A stretch of 64,000 nt of DNA from Ancylonema sp. (Eukaryota), in contig JBFLGF010000113.1 in the NCBI GenBank assembly GCA_050230475.1, positions 1 to 64,000 on the forward strand. Reading direction: 5' to 3'. This document shows, piece after piece, positions 12,186-26,760 of the stretch. Every line of letters begins with the position of its first letter. The first letter of the stretch is position 1. The position numbers were made by a program, and so were the translations under genes. Under the pieces are notes generated by a model. That model was not told where the DNA came from, did no database searches, and saw nothing but the letters and a program-made list of their open reading frames with translations.

Positions 12186-15131
12186 ATGGCGCTATCCGTC
12201 ACATCCAGACTGTACTCAGTTAGGCATCGATCTTGCATTGCGCCCCTTATTGCGCCCCTCCTTGTGATACTGGCCCTTCATCTCTCACTGACTGGCGCCA
12301 CTACCGCCGGATATGATGACACGTGGCAGCCCGCCAATGGGACTTGGTACCCTGGCACTCCTGGTGACGGAAATCCAGACGGTATGTTTAACACCTGAAT
12401 TAAGTTCAGTGTAACAAAAGTTGGCACACTGCCAGATCTGTTTAGAGGGAGGACAATCCTACTCACCCGTTTCCTCGTAATTCCTCCGTTATCCCTTTCA
12501 CCAGTCAGATCCCAAGTCCTTCAATTTCAACTCCTATTTCTAAGTCACTTCCCTCTTCTTCCCTCCCCCCCCCCCTTGTGTCTGTTTGACTCCTCCTTCG
12601 GAATTTATATCTTCGTTTTTTTTTGTTTTTTTTTGGTTTTTGTTTCAATAATACTTACAAAAATAATAATGATTTCCGACCTTCGCTTTCATACATCAAT
12701 ACACCCAAACAAAAAAAAGTTGATCTTTATAACGTAATAAAATAAATGCCACATTGACAAATTCCCAAAAGAGTGACCCGACGTGAGGTACAATCTCACA
12801 CGTGTGTGCCACCCACTCCCATTCATCCATCCCCCCAGGCGGCGCATGCGGTTACGGTGTCCTCTCCACCACGGTTATGGGTTACACCGGGTCCACCGCC
12901 GCCAGTCCCGCCTTCTTCCAACACGGACTCGGGTGCGGTTCTTGTTATCAGGTGGGATCGAATTTTAGGCCCTCCCTATAGTCACGTAGTAGATCGGTTT
13001 CGAGGGCCTATCTATAGTCGCGTACGAGGCATACCCTTGGATTGATATCAATCCCCCACGGCCCTTTTTAGATGTTTTCAGTGCCAAACTTCTTTGCCCA
13101 CCTTGCGACGCATGATTTAATTTTTGCCACGACGTACATGAATTTTGCTTGCGTATTGCGTAAATATTGCATAAATTTCACACTTCGATCCGCCATGACA
13201 TCTACCAAATATATCACAACGAAGTCCGCGATATGTGTCAAGAATCCACAAACATCTGATCCCCCCCATACAATGAAGAACTGAAAAAATAATAACACCC
13301 CCCCCACGTTAAAAGCCCCCAACAAAAAAAACAAACACTCGAATCCATGTCACGTGTATCCGCATATGTGACTCTCTATTAAAAAAAAAAAAAATAGTGA
13401 ATTTCAATAGAAGAACCATTTGTTACAAGGAAACGATTTCCCCAACCATTCTCATTTTCTTCTACCAAGGTTGGCGGACTGCATGCGGCTCCCCTCATCG
13501 TATGATCAACCTAGTATTAACTCATAACCACCTAACATCAACATACAACCAACTTACAATCGACCCACAATCAAATCAAAAATCAAATTAGAACCGTAAC
13601 AACATCACATCACCTTTTTAAAATCTCCTCATTTTCTCCTTTTCTCCTTTTCTTTTGGAGCAGGTAATTTGCACCAACCACCCGGAATGCAGCGGCGTTC
13701 CCACCCAAGTCACGATAATCGACTTGTGCCCTGGCGGCTTCTGGTGCTCCAACGGTTGGCACCACTTTGACATGTTGCAACAATCGTACGGAGCCATGGG
13801 GTCGCCTGGAAAAGAGGTCGAACTGGCGACGCACGAGCCGTCGTTGATTCGATACAAGAGGTGCGTGTGGGTGCACTCTCAAAATCCATTTAGCAGGATC
13901 TTTTTGCCTTGTTACCTATTTTGCCTTTTTTTCTCCACCTCGTCGCTTTTTATGCCTTCTCACCTCTTTTCCATTTTGTCGTTTCACCTTTTTGCCTTTT
14001 TGCATTTTTGCCTTCAAAACCTTTTCACCTTTTCACCTCTTTGTCATTTCCCCTTTGTATGCCGTATCAATTTTCTACACTTCTCTCGTTTTCACATTTT
14101 GCCTTTTTGTCTTTTTGCCTTTTTGCCTCCCCTAGAGTGCCTTGCAACTACGGCGGCAGCAGCATCAAGCTCCAGTTAGACCCCTCTTCTCTCTACCCTT
14201 GGTATATGGACATCATCATAAGAAGTGTGGAGGGGCCGGGGGCTATTATCAATGCCGAATTACAAGTGGTGAGGGGAGGAACATCGGTTGGTTAGTTGAT
14301 GGCAAAGAAGGGAAACCAAAACAAGGACAATCAAATGTGAAGAAGAGAGAAATTTACGCATTGTTGGTCTCGATTTTGTGGACTTGTTCTCCTCTTGTTG
14401 TCTACTTTGCTTTGTGCTCACCCACACGCGTACAAGAAATAAATTACGAATCTCTCTTTTCTCTGAGTCTCGACCGTTTTCAAGTACAACCAACCTTTAA
14501 TAAATGCACGACACTTCATCAAATACATGCTCACACACAAAAACTTGTTTTTCTTTAACCCCACCTCCACAAAACAGTCGAACATGTTTCCAACCGAAAT
14601 CAACGTACTGTTCTCGCACCAATCCTTTTTTTTTTTTTTTTCACCTTCTTGACTCACATATATTCAATGTTTCTTCTTCTTTTTCTTCGATTCAACCCCC
14701 AACATTCATCTAGCCATCTCGTTTTGATCATTTCTTTTTGCATTTTCTCTTGTCCTCCCCCTTCTCCCCCCTAGTCCAACTCCCCCACTTGGCAACCTCT
14801 GACCCACAACTGGGGATCGCACTGGAAGCTCGCCAGGATCCCCGGTCCCTTACCCGGACCCGTCACCATCCGGTTAACCGCATCCGTCAATGGCGCAAAT
14901 CAAACCGTCCTCTGCAATGGATCCATCCCCTCCCAATGGTCCCCCGGCGCAACCTACGACTGCGGGGCGCAATTCCCGCGCTCCTCCCCGCCCCCGCCCC
15001 CGCCCGTTTCCGCCGCCCTGCCTTCTCGGAAGGGGGGCCACCATCATCATCACAAGCACAAGAAGTCGCCACGTGTCGTTGTGAGGAGGAAGCACAAGCA
15101 CAGGCGTTCGCCCCCACCTCCTCTACATTGA
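12186..15131 (+). CDS. Expansin with C-terminal Ser-Pro(n)/His-Lys-Arg-rich tail; exons 12186-12381, 12839-12951, 13664-13860, 14136-14268, 14775-15131
   Basis: Hydrophobic signal peptide; GGACGYG, GLGCGSCYQ, IIDLCPG, HFD and RVPC motifs; C-terminal Trp motifs WQPLTHNWGSHW and WSPGATY; all junctions are GT-AG and in frame. Confidence 0.9.
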
Positions 15132-17252
15132 CTTTGACTCTGACTTTGACTTTCACGCGATTTTGAGCGGTGTCAGTTGGTGATCGCGAACGGTTCTCAC
15201 GCTCGAGAATGGTCGTTGGGTGCTACGATCGTTGAAGATTTGCGAAGGTAGTCATTTTATGTGCAGAAAGTTGCGCTAGGTCTGTAGATGTGATATGATT
15301 TTAGTTTGTGCCAAATCATTTATTCATTTTATTCACATTCTTTGGGCGCTGTGAACGGCCATGGTAACACTAAATTTAGCATTTTTTCACAACAATCATG
15401 CTAATGTGTTGGCACATACGATGAAGACTTGGTATTCGTTTGTATATATGAAAAGAAACATATAGCGTATGCACGCTTAGCCCAGAATGGGAGCTTAGGT
15501 TGTTAGTTGAGGTGGTTGCGAAATAGTTCTGAGGAAATTTTGCGGTAGTTGCGAGGTAGTCGCGTAGCAGATCTGACGAAAGTGTGAGGAAGCTGCGAGG
15601 TAGTTGCGAGGTAGTTGCAAGGTAGTCATAGTGTTCATATTCTATGCTAGTAGGGGCCATAGTGGCAATCTCAATATTTAGTCCACAGTACATGATCAGA
15701 GATTGAGAATTTTATTTATTATTTCAAGTTCTAGTAATCAAAGTTCAAGCGACAAAACTTTGTTTTATGGTATCGCATTCACGCGTAATTCGCAAGCGTC
15801 CTCAAAACGACCGAACAATCCATCGTTGTGTGTATTCGTCGCCTTTCTTTGCCAAATAATTTATGCCTAGCATATGTGGCAATTGCGCCGACCATTTGAG
15901 CTAGTGTTTGTGCCACGATTCGCGTAACAACGGTTTGTTACCTCATATCCATAACACATCCCTCTCGTTGGCCTCCGAGTTTCCTTTGTTTATTTTGTCA
16001 TGCCATGCAACATCGTGTCCCTGACACATGTTATATGAAAATCACCAACGAACACACACACTATCGTGTTGCACTACAACGGTACAACGAAAATGAATTC
16101 AACGGCAATCGGCTCGCACGCGTCATGCCGACCATACACATCATGACATATTCATCTCAAGCAGGCGAACGACACCATGAGCCCAATCGGGTGACTGCAC
16201 GAATGCGTATGTGAATAGTCGCTCTGCTCCCAAAGGCAAAAGACGGGTACGTAATGGGCTCTTTGAGCTCTCGGCACCGATTCTTCTGTGTCCGCCACAA
16301 CTGCCACAACGGGGTAATTGATTGGAGGGTGTCATGAGAGAACGTGAAGAGGACGGCAAGCACATGTGGGTCACAATCTTTTAAGAGCTAAAGAAAATAT
16401 CCTCCTGGCTTCTCTAGTGACGGAATGTTACGCCCATACCACACCGGTCGTACCAACAGTCGTGGGCACGTGTGGCATGTGGTGGTGTGGGAGTTATAAA
16501 AGCATTTCTTGTTCAACGCGTAGGAGGGGCATGTTTGTTGACCGCATTATTTTTTCATGAAAACATGCCAAAGTGCCATCTCTAGGATTATGTTTCCTCT
16601 CCCTTCAATCGACATTGCAAGTTTTTTTTGTCGCATCGACATGCTTGTGGTTTTTGTGAAGTATAAAAGTCCTCAAAGTTCTACGATCATCTCTACGGTG
16701 TTCGAACCGATAGCCTTTTGAGCACTCTTAGACGCCTTTCAGCACTCCTTGCAAGGATGGTTTGGCACGCGTGACACATCTAACACGTTTGACACGTATG
16801 ACACATGTGGCATTGAAAAGCATGGTACGCCAGCATGTCATGTCACAAAACACCATCTTTCTTTACGCCTATTCTCCGCGACCAGACACCTAATGGGGTC
16901 GCCTTCGGGAGGGGGCACCAAGTTAGATATACAATGATGTTTGGCATGGAAATCAAATAACTTTATTGTACGGTGGCTTACATTGTTCTCGCATGGTCTA
17001 ATACTTCCTCATCGTACATTATATAATGTTGTCTAGCGTGGAAAATATGTTATTATTGTACGGTACATAATGTTGTCTAGCATGGGAATCAGAAATTGTT
17101 GTCATTTGGATTTACGGGTCCGGATTAGGGTCGAGTGTTGTTGACTGTTGGTGAGGTGTTAGGCCGCATATGACTTCGCAATGCGCTTCCCTCGTCAATT
17201 CTTTCACACCCATGAGTCGCTAATATGACTACAAATAGCCTCACTCGCAAGT

Positions 17253-17550
17253 CTTTGTTTTTGTTGTTTTTGTTGTTGTTGTTGTTGTTGTTGTTATTGT
17301 TTTTGTCGTTGTTGTAATGTTTTTTGTTGTTAATGTTTTTTTTATTTTTATGTTGTTGTTGTTGTTGTTGTTGTCATTATTGTTGTTGTTATTGTTGTTG
17401 TTGTCGTCGTTGTTGTTGTTGCTGTCGTTGTTGTTGTTGTTGTTGTTGATGATGATGCTGATGTTGTTATTGTTGATGTTGTTTTTGCGTTTGTTCTTGT
17501 TTTTGTAACTGTGGTTGTGGTTGTTTTCAGTATTGTTGGTGTTGTTGTGT
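17253..17550. repeat. (GTT)n/(TTG)n degenerate microsatellite
   Basis: Direct reading of the trinucleotide tract. Confidence 0.95.
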
Positions 17551-17923
17551 GCTTGCACCTTGTCGCCACATGGCAGCAACGGTTGATAGATGAATACAAG
17601 ACTTGTTTGTTTGTCCTTAGATTATTTTCGACGAAAATACGAAAAATGTTTTCGTGGTGATATGGATCATATATGGATCACAAAAATTCAATTTCACACA
17701 AGTATTACCGTTTTAGTCAAAGATACGAAATACATATAAAAACATATTCACACACATGGCAGAGAGGAGTATAAATGACAACGTTGTAACTCCTCGTCCA
17801 CTTTCCGCCCAACTTTATTTACACCAACGGAGCAAAACTGAGTACTCCACTTACAAAATTGGTAGATGCATTCGTTATTGCATATACAATCGGGCTACCT
17901 CCTTCATTACTTGCCCTAACTGG

Positions 17924-20900
17924 TTATTGCGGGACCAAGGCGTCCACGAAGGCCCTCGCTTCAAAAGGTTGCAAGTCTTCCAACCCCTCCCCGACTCCCA
18001 CAAACTTGACGGGAATCCCTAGCTCGTCCACCACACTCGCCTACAATCCCCCACAGAAAGAATAAAATTGTGACGGGGTGGGGGGGGGGGACCAACATTT
18101 TGGGTGCAAAAAATATGGCCTTGATACAAGAAGGTTTGCATCGTGTACATAAAAGTAATGCATGCTCTCAAATGGCTGCATCCAAGAGTGAATCCCATGA
18201 TGGGACGCGATTTGAGGACGAAGATGGATACAAGAAACGAAGTTCGTGGCTCTTCCCCTTCTCTTATGCCGAGGTTTTTCTTCTATCGAGGTTTTCCTTC
18301 TATCAAGATTTTCCTAGTATCGATCACCACTCGCCGAGCGATCAAGTCATTGCAACTCGACAAAATAGACCAGATTTGGCTGAGAGAATAGGGACAAGTA
18401 GGGCCGTGAAACATCCATTCAAGAAATTTTTGGCAAGATGAGTGACCCTTAAGTAAGTTAGAACATGTAGAAGCACACTCGGTATAGGCGCATTCGATAT
18501 AGGCATAGAATGGGCACATTCGTCATAGGCACACTCGGTATAGGCGACTCACCACACATCCTCCCCTTGCGCTTCCATCCAATTTCGTTAAAACGAATCC
18601 CGTCACTCCCACAATCTGTAGCACAGGGGGACTTGACCATGGTTAGGCAGTAGGGTTCAAAGGCAACACTAGGGTTAAAAACACTAGGGTTAAAAGCACT
18701 AGGGTTAAAAGCACTATGGTATTGTTGTAGGCGAGCGAGGGGCGGGTTGTTGTTTGTGGGTTTGGTACATCAATTGGCTTCTTGCGATTTGAGGGGTCAA
18801 TTTCGATTTTTGAGATTTTGTGATTGCTAATTTGGGGATGAGAAGAAAGGAAAAAAATTAAAAATGAGGGCACACACATGACTCATAAGTTTGTACGAAT
18901 TGTGATGATTACATTGACACCTGTATGTACAAATATGTTCACATTCATGAATACGTAAATTCATGTTTGTACTTCAAAATACGTCCACGGGCATTTATCA
19001 CCATAGAAAAATATCGGCACTAGGTGGGAGGGGGGATCGTGGGTCGTAGAGATACCCCTTTGTATAGGGACACCGAGTAGAAAAAGGCAAGGCACCAATC
19101 AATGCATTTAAATTCGACAATTTGGAAATTTGGCACTTTGGCACTTTGGCACTTGAGAAATTCCGCGATTTAGCAATTTGGCGATTTCCCAATTTGGATA
19201 TTCCGCAATTCGGCAATTTGGAAATTCGGCAGTTTGGCGATACATCCCGGTTTCGACTCTACCCTCTTTGTGTAGGCACCTTTCATCAGTTTTGTGTGCA
19301 ATACACATTATATAACCAAGTTTCTTATATCGAGGTTTGAGATAAGTACCTCATTGAACTCCCTCGCTTGAGGCAACATGTTGAGCCCAGTCGTACCGTC
19401 AAGCACCATCAAAACCTCCTACATTAAAAAAGACACCACGATCCGGTTTTGTTCTTTTGCTTCTTCGACAACAAAATCAATGTTTTGAATACCAATTCGG
19501 GAAGTGAAAGACACGAAGAAAAATAAATGTAGAAAAATTATTCTAGAGACAACTATTTTTCTATAATCGCCGTTATTCACACCATGACATGGGAGACAAC
19601 ATTTTCTTATTTTTGTGCAACAAAATAAAATCTTTGTTGTAAACACCATCCGGCCCTCCGTCTTTCTATTCTTTACAAGCACACATGCGGATAATTTCAT
19701 ATTCTCTCCTCTTATCTTATCTTCCATACCTTCGTTTCCAAAACGGGCAAAGAAAAAAATCGACCTATCTTTTTTTGTATCCCCTCATTCAAGCCACAGG
19801 TTTTGTACACACAAGGCAGTGTGCCTAAATGTAAGGTAGTGTGCCTATATAGAAGGCAGTATGCCCACACAGAAGATAGTTTGCCTTTGTCCCCCAAGTT
19901 TGGTTTTGTTCCCCATCGGGGTATGGTTTGGTGTTCCTCACGTGTGGCGCCCCTTGGATCGCATTTTGGATTGCCTTTTTGCATCCCTTCAGTTCCTCCA
20001 TCAACTTGTAGTTGGTGTGGAGCCCTTAGGAGAAAGGGAAAAAAAAAAAAAAAAAAAAAAGGAGAGAGCTTAACCCCGATATAAGTGACTTCGTTGCAAA
20101 AAGGAAGGAGGACAAAAATACACCTTGGTGTGAGAAACTCTCTTATAACGAGAGGGAAGGGAAAGACGGAAAAGTACCTCAGTGTAAGAAAAGGTTCGTT
20201 ATTAGGCACCCCTATGTTGGTTTTTTCCAGTTTTAAAACAACAATAGGTGATCTATACGCATGATCTTCCTGGTCATGAATCGGAAGCTTCCTGGAAACT
20301 CACTTCCCGAAGTGTCTGCGAGCACAATGTCGACTCCCCCCTCTAAGGCTCTCTCCACTGCTGACGTCAGCACTGCACAACAGGGGGGGGGGGGGGGGGG
20401 AAGCCACGTCAGCACGGACAAATGAGGTACTGAAGAAGGGGGGGAAGTGAGAGTTTGCATATCACACGTAATGGTTCTGTGGATTTGTAAACCCTATTAA
20501 CAGAAATGAACAGTCGTCAAGATTCCCTTTTCAAATGTGGTGAATCAGGTGCATCCCAATCCCGATCAGAACAAGAAAACAGGAATTATAAAAATAGAAA
20601 AGAAAGAAATAGAGAGAGGAAAGAAAGGAAGAAGAAAGAAAGAAAAGAAAGAAATAGAAGAAAGAAAGAAAGAAAGAAAGAAATAAGAAATAGTAAGAAA
20701 TATATACATCCATGATATCAAAGGGAAAGGAAGAAGGGAAGGGGGGGGGTAAAACACACCAATTAAAAAAAATAAAAATATAAAAATTAAATATAAAAAT
20801 AAAATAAAAAGGATGGAAAACGGTCTGACCTTGTGGTGGTTTGTCCTTCCCCCCCTCCCCCCTCACGAATTCCGCCCCCGTCCTCCCCGCCCACACCTCC

Positions 20901-21893
20901 AACTGCTCTGACGCGGCGGCGCGGAAGGTGTCCCCAGCCGCCATTAAAACCTAAAGGGAACAGAGGGGGGGGGGGGCTGAGGGTTAAAGTGGTCAACCTG
21001 GTTTCCCTTGGTCGTTGTTGTTGTTGTTGTTTTCTGTACTGTTTTTATTTTTTTATTATTTTTTCTGGATTTTTTATGAAGAGACGAGATTCATCCTGCA
21101 GTTCTATCTTTTGGGTGTTTCTGGATTTTCTTTATCGCGAGTCTATTCGATTCTGTTACTGCGTTTCTTGTTTTTTTCCTTCTTCTTGCATTTCGATTCC
21201 TGTTTTCAAGGGGTTTTTTTTCAATTTCCCCACCCCCCCCCCCTTGAGAATATTGATTTTGTGTGATCAGCCCTCCTTGTGTTGGGAGTTTGCAATGATG
21301 CGGGAAAACTAGTGAAGCTTGATAGTGTGGATACTGTGGGGGGGGGAAAAACTATATATTATTTGGAAAAAGAAAAGGGGGTTACAATGTTAGGGATGGT
21401 ATTCATTTCTCTGATTTCGGATCGCGTATGGCTTTGAGGAGGGGGGGACAATGAATAGGGGAAAAGGGAGAAGAAATAATGATTTGTAACAAACGGGAAA
21501 GAAAAGGAAGTTGTCCGGAAGAAGGGGAAGGGGACGGGGAAGGGGAAGAAGAAGAAGAAGAAATAGAAGAAGAAGGGGAAGGAGTAGGGGAAGGGGAAGC
21601 GGAAGGGTAAGAAGAAGGGTAAGAAAAAGGAGAAGGAGAAGGAAGAGATGGAAATAGTAGTATCATAAGGGTAAGGTAGACAGATGAGGGGTAGGGGGAG
21701 GAGGGGGGGGAGGGGAAAGGCTGAGTGGTCGTACTTTGCTACCCTCTGAGCTGAATCGATGGGCAAGTTTTCCTGGACAGGGAAGATCAAACGAAGAGGA
21801 AGAAGAAGAAGAGGAGGAGAGGAGGAGAAAAAAACACGATCAATCTCAAGCATTGGGAGGGACGAGAGAAGAGATGGAGGACGCCTGAGTCGG

Positions 21894-21928
<35 letters not shown>

Positions 21929-24900
21929 GGAGACAAGTGTGGGGAAATATGAGCAGGTAGAAATGGAAGTCAGACCCGACTAGGTACACTATACATTGTC
22001 AGGGAAGTGCAAAGCTAGCAAGAAACTAGAACAAGGCAGGAGACTACGGCAGTGGCCAGGAGGTTACAACAGCACAGCAGATTATAAAAACACCAATCAC
22101 ATGAACTTTTTTTTTTTTTTTTTTTTTTTTGGGAAGGTCACCTATCGTTGTTGTCTTCCCCCCCCCGTTCACCCCCACGATCATAAACACTGCAGGGCCG
22201 CTGGATAACCACACCAATAACCAAGGGGAAGGAGCAGGAGGGGGGGAAAGTAACCACGGGTTAGGTACCAAGGTCAACAGAAAAAACTGATGCAGGTCCC
22301 AAACATGGACGGTTAGTTTTAGAGTAACCACGGTTAGTTTGAGAGTAACCACGGTTAGTTTGAGAGTAACCACGGTTGGAGGTAGGGTTAAGATGAGGTG
22401 ACAGCATTACACTTATCGTCTTTTCATGTAAGAAAACAAGAGATATCACATACCACACTACATTTCAAAAGTGATGTATGTAAGGTATTGAAATTGAAAT
22501 ACCACAAAATGGCATATGAATACATCATATCTTTCGGATGGATGAGAAGAAGATGGTGATAAGTAAGAGATGTATACAGACACATGAATTTGTTTGAATC
22601 ACTATTATTCTATAAATCTGGGAGAACAAAAATAAAAACAAAAACGAATGAAAACAAATAAAAAGGAATGAAAACAAATCAAAACAAATGAAAACAAAGG
22701 GGTGGGAGGGCAGACAAGGAGCCAGCGTTTGCATGGTTTCTTATCGCAAATAGTTGCATGTAACGAAGTATCTTTTCTAGGAAGGCTGTTCCCCTACCCA
22801 GGTGTAGGGGAAGAGATATGGGAGGGGGGGTGGGGGGAGTGGGGGGGGTGGGGGGGGTGGGGTGGGTGGGGGGTGGGACCCATCTCGTCACCTGTCCGGA
22901 AAGGAGAGTTCGGAAGAGGGCTTGCTTTTGGTGAGCAACGTCACGATCGAACACTTCAAAGCTTCCTGAAGTAGTCATAGGTTTTGGAAATAAAAATTGT
23001 TGATTTTGAAATAAGAAGTAAATTAATAGCTGAATAAGTAGGTAGATAAATAAGTAGGTAAATGAACAAACACACGATTACATCAATTGTGATGGGTGGT
23101 GAATGAATGCATTGCCACTACACAATGAGATGAATAGAGGAATAGATGTGAAAAGATGACCACCGAAGAGACGGTACACTGAAACCTGTCTTAATTAATG
23201 ATGTGCTAATAAATAACCTGTCTTATGTATTAGAAACTCTTCCGCCCGAATTCGAGTTGTCACCCAAAATCTGACGTGCTAATTCATTGCCTGTCTTCAG
23301 TATTGTTTTTTTTCCGGTCCCGACAGGATTAATTAAGACAGGTTTTACTGTAGTCTGCAGTCTCTCAACACTGTCTATGGAATCTGAGACCAGGTACAGT
23401 ATGACACTGTGGAAGAAGCCAATCTATTTGAGCCACGTCAGCATGCCACGTCAGCATGCGGAGTTACCTTCCTGACTCTGACCGGAATCAAAAGCCTCAA
23501 AGCTGGGCCCAAGTTTCATCCACAAGTCGTCTTACTCTGTCTCCATCTCCATTTGAAATTCCTGCTCCATATTATCTTCATCTCTCCTGGATTGAGTGGT
23601 CATAACATCCCGCTTTCCACGATGATTTGGTATAAACGGACCTTGATTTGCGGCCCTGTTTTCAGTGTCCCCGCCCGTATGTCATCTTTGAGCGCGTCCA
23701 CGATTTTGAACGAAGTTTTGGGACCGAAATCGGCCATGAGGAGGGCCTGCAGAGGGGCACACCCTCGATATAAGCACACCGCTGATATGAACACACCCGC
23801 AATGTAAGCTCACCCACGACATAAGCACACCCTCGATAAAGGCACACTCACGATGATAGAAACCTTTCGCTGAAGAATTTTTTTTTCGGCTTTTTCTGTC
23901 GCTTTTACGCTCAGAATGTGGTTTCTGTGAGAAACATTCGTTGTAAGAAACAGTCGCCTCAGCTTTTTTAGATTTCTTATTTCGGGGACTTACAGTGTAG
24001 GCACACCCTCGATTGAGAAATGTGGTACGCTCAGATACCGACATAAAAGCCATTTAATGGCCAAGAAAATTGCTTCACATAAAGATTTTTTCATATATGT
24101 CACAGATTGGGTGTGAAATTCTTCATTAAAACCAAAAAAAAAAAAAAAAAACTTACAAAATGGTTTCTTACAGCAAATAGTTTCATGTAACGATTTATCT
24201 TCTCTGGGAACCTTTTTATGGGGTTTGGATGTACCAAACGTGAAAATAATAATTAAATACGACGGAAATTTAATGTATTTAGAGTCTGGTAATTTGAAAT
24301 CTCCGAAATATCAACAGAATATCACTCTACTGGAAGTAAGAGGCGTTATGAAGTAGGCAGAAAACTCACCTCAACGTACCGATATGTCTTACAGGACATT
24401 TCATACAGATAATCTATTACTAAAATAAACAAAAATAATAAAATTTGTGTAAATAAATGAATAACTAATCACTGATAGAAACAGCAAAACAAACAGCGAA
24501 ACCCATTATTAGAATATATCTAAAAAAAAAAAAAAAAAAAAAAACGTAAAAAAATACTAAACTAAAACCGAACATAACATCTTCCGCCCCTAACATCTTC
24601 CACCTCTTTTGTCGACCCCCGATATAGCGATGGCACCCGGGTACAGGCACAAAAGAATGGTCTCTACAACAGGGTTGCGTGTTGCTTGTCTACGTGTCCT
24701 TACATCTTCCAGCTCTTCCAGAACGTTTTCTGAGTCGCTCAGCGTCCAATACGCCAACAGCTCATCGACCACTTGCAGACTCTCCCGCGTCTTTTTCACG
24801 CCCTTGAAAACGCGGGCGAAATCGGACGCAGCTTTCTCCTTCACCACCCTCCCCAGCCTGCCCAGAAATCCGCCTGCCTGCCCCGTGGCAGCAGCTCGAA

Positions 24901-25165
24901 CCGTCAGATTACGTCTACGGGCCGGGTGAAGCGTTGGATTGGACCATAGCGTTCTCGCGGTACTTGTACATCTGAAACTGGCGTATCCGGTCGTCCCGGT
25001 TAACCTTGTTCGACTCGAACTGGTCGGACATCTTCCTAGGAAATCTGTGACGCGTTCAGTGGTCCGGACATAAATGTGTTCCTCTACGAATACTGCACGT
25101 GGAACTGCATTTGACCTAAGGGCATCTGAGCGAGAAGGTAAAGCAGTGGCAGACAAGGCCTGCAT
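17924..25165 (-). CDS. cpFTSY: Chloroplast SRP receptor cpFtsY; 11 exons (25165-24704, 23746-23642, 22965-22892, 22200-22142, 21772-21735, 20950-20830, 20372-20304, 20024-19942, 19418-19350, 18615-18553, 18040-17924)
   Basis: Transit-peptide-like N-terminus; SRP-GTPase motifs GVNGGGKTTTIGKLA, DTFRAAA, DTSGRLHTN, LDGTTGLN, TKLDGSARGG and GIPVKFVGVGE; exon phases are consistent. Confidence 0.93.
23177..23350. mobile_element. Pogo/Tc1-type MITE in cpFtsY intron 2
   Basis: TIRs CACTGAAACCTGTCTTAATTAAT / ATTAATTAAGACAGGTTTTACTG; TA on both sides. Confidence 0.65.
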
Positions 25166-26760
25166 TGTGGCGGGAAATAATTCAAGAGGAGTCAGTTGAG
25201 AGTCTAAAGTCGGTTTCGGGATTGACGCAGGGGGTGCTCAGTAATTAAGACCAAGCTCAGCAACAAAGCATTCTGTTCATTTATCTGTCCGAACAACTTT
25301 CTGTCCACCCAGGAGAAAATACTAGGATAAAGCTAGCGAGCTGTGCTAATACGTGTGGAATGCTACGGAATGGATTTCTCAGAAAACAGACGAAGACCTC
25401 TCCTACATTGCAGCTCCGACAAACTCCTCAAGGATTCAGTTCGTTGTTACCAGAAATGGCTTTGCAGCCATGATCTTTGCAGCCAGGTCTCAGTGTCGGC
25501 CCCTTCCCCGCCAGGCAGGGGCACGACTCCGTTCCGGTCGACCCTGCCCGCGGGGTAGTACCAGCCGCGGCTGGGGAGTTTCACCGGGTAGGGGAGAGGA
25601 GGTGGTTTGCACTTTTTTTGGTTTTTGTTGGGCGATTGACGGTGGAGATGTAGTGGGACTTCTGCCGTACGATGTCGAGAGATGTCAAAGTCACTCACAC
25701 GTGCCAAAATTATTGCGAGACTTCGCATGTACATACTACACTTTAGGCCACGAAGTTGCGTCATCGTCGTATTGTACCTTGAAGTATTTTGTAAGAGTGG
25801 GGGAGCATATAGAGGTGTTGTAACCGTGTATGACAACATCGTGTGTTCTAAGAAAGTATGTATATTGACATGCAAGTCCAAATGGAACGGTTGAAGACCT
25901 GATACGTGTAAAAAAAAATAAGGGACTATGACATCATCCTACGAAATACATGGACTTCGTGTGCTCCCTAAGTTGGAACTCATATCAATGTTTCACTTTT
26001 GCATTCCACGCACTCATACTTGAGTGATTGGTTAATTTAAGGCAATGATAGTATTGCGCATGCGTGATGTTGAACATATTTGCTGTCACACAACGTGATG
26101 CAAAACAATAACTTTGACAATCATCACAGATGTCACTCGGCTTATCATGAAAGCGCACATGGTGGGCGACTTATTGGTGTCTCCTTCATACTTTTTATTT
26201 CATTTGTTTCCTCGTATTAAAAAAAAAAAAAAAACATATTTTAATGTCCACATGTACCAAGTTCCGTACATGTTTGACGACGTGACATAACTTATTTGAA
26301 AAACCATCAAAAAACGAAAATGTAAGAAATGCAAGAATGACAAATAGCTTAACCCTTGTGGTTTGTAACTTCGAAATTGAGAAGATGCCTGTGATCGATC
26401 GGAAGTCCAAGCATCAATCATATTCGGTAATTGAATCCTTCAATCGAGTCAAAGGCAAGTACGCAATCGTGTATTCCTCTCGGTTTGTAAAGATCGCAAG
26501 TGAGTTAGAGGTTAGAGGTTAGATTGGCATGGATAGCCATGCCAATCTTGGACAACAACAATATTTTATTGCACTTTTGATGAATCGAGACGGAAGACGA
26601 AAATCGAGTATTGTAAACTAGCATTATGTCGAAAAAAAAATAAGACGTACAAGAGAAGGATTAGGGAAACCCCAAACATATACAAATGAAGACTTCCGAC
26701 GTTGGGAAATAAACCTTCGATGGTAATGAAACTCGGATACGCCTCATGGTGCCTACTAAT

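Noticed and set aside
17241..17599. Poly-N/T/L ORFs
   Set aside because: Artefacts of the (GTT)n repeat
20506..21983. Lys/Arg/Phe-rich ORFs
   Set aside because: Purine/pyrimidine-skewed low-complexity cpFtsY introns
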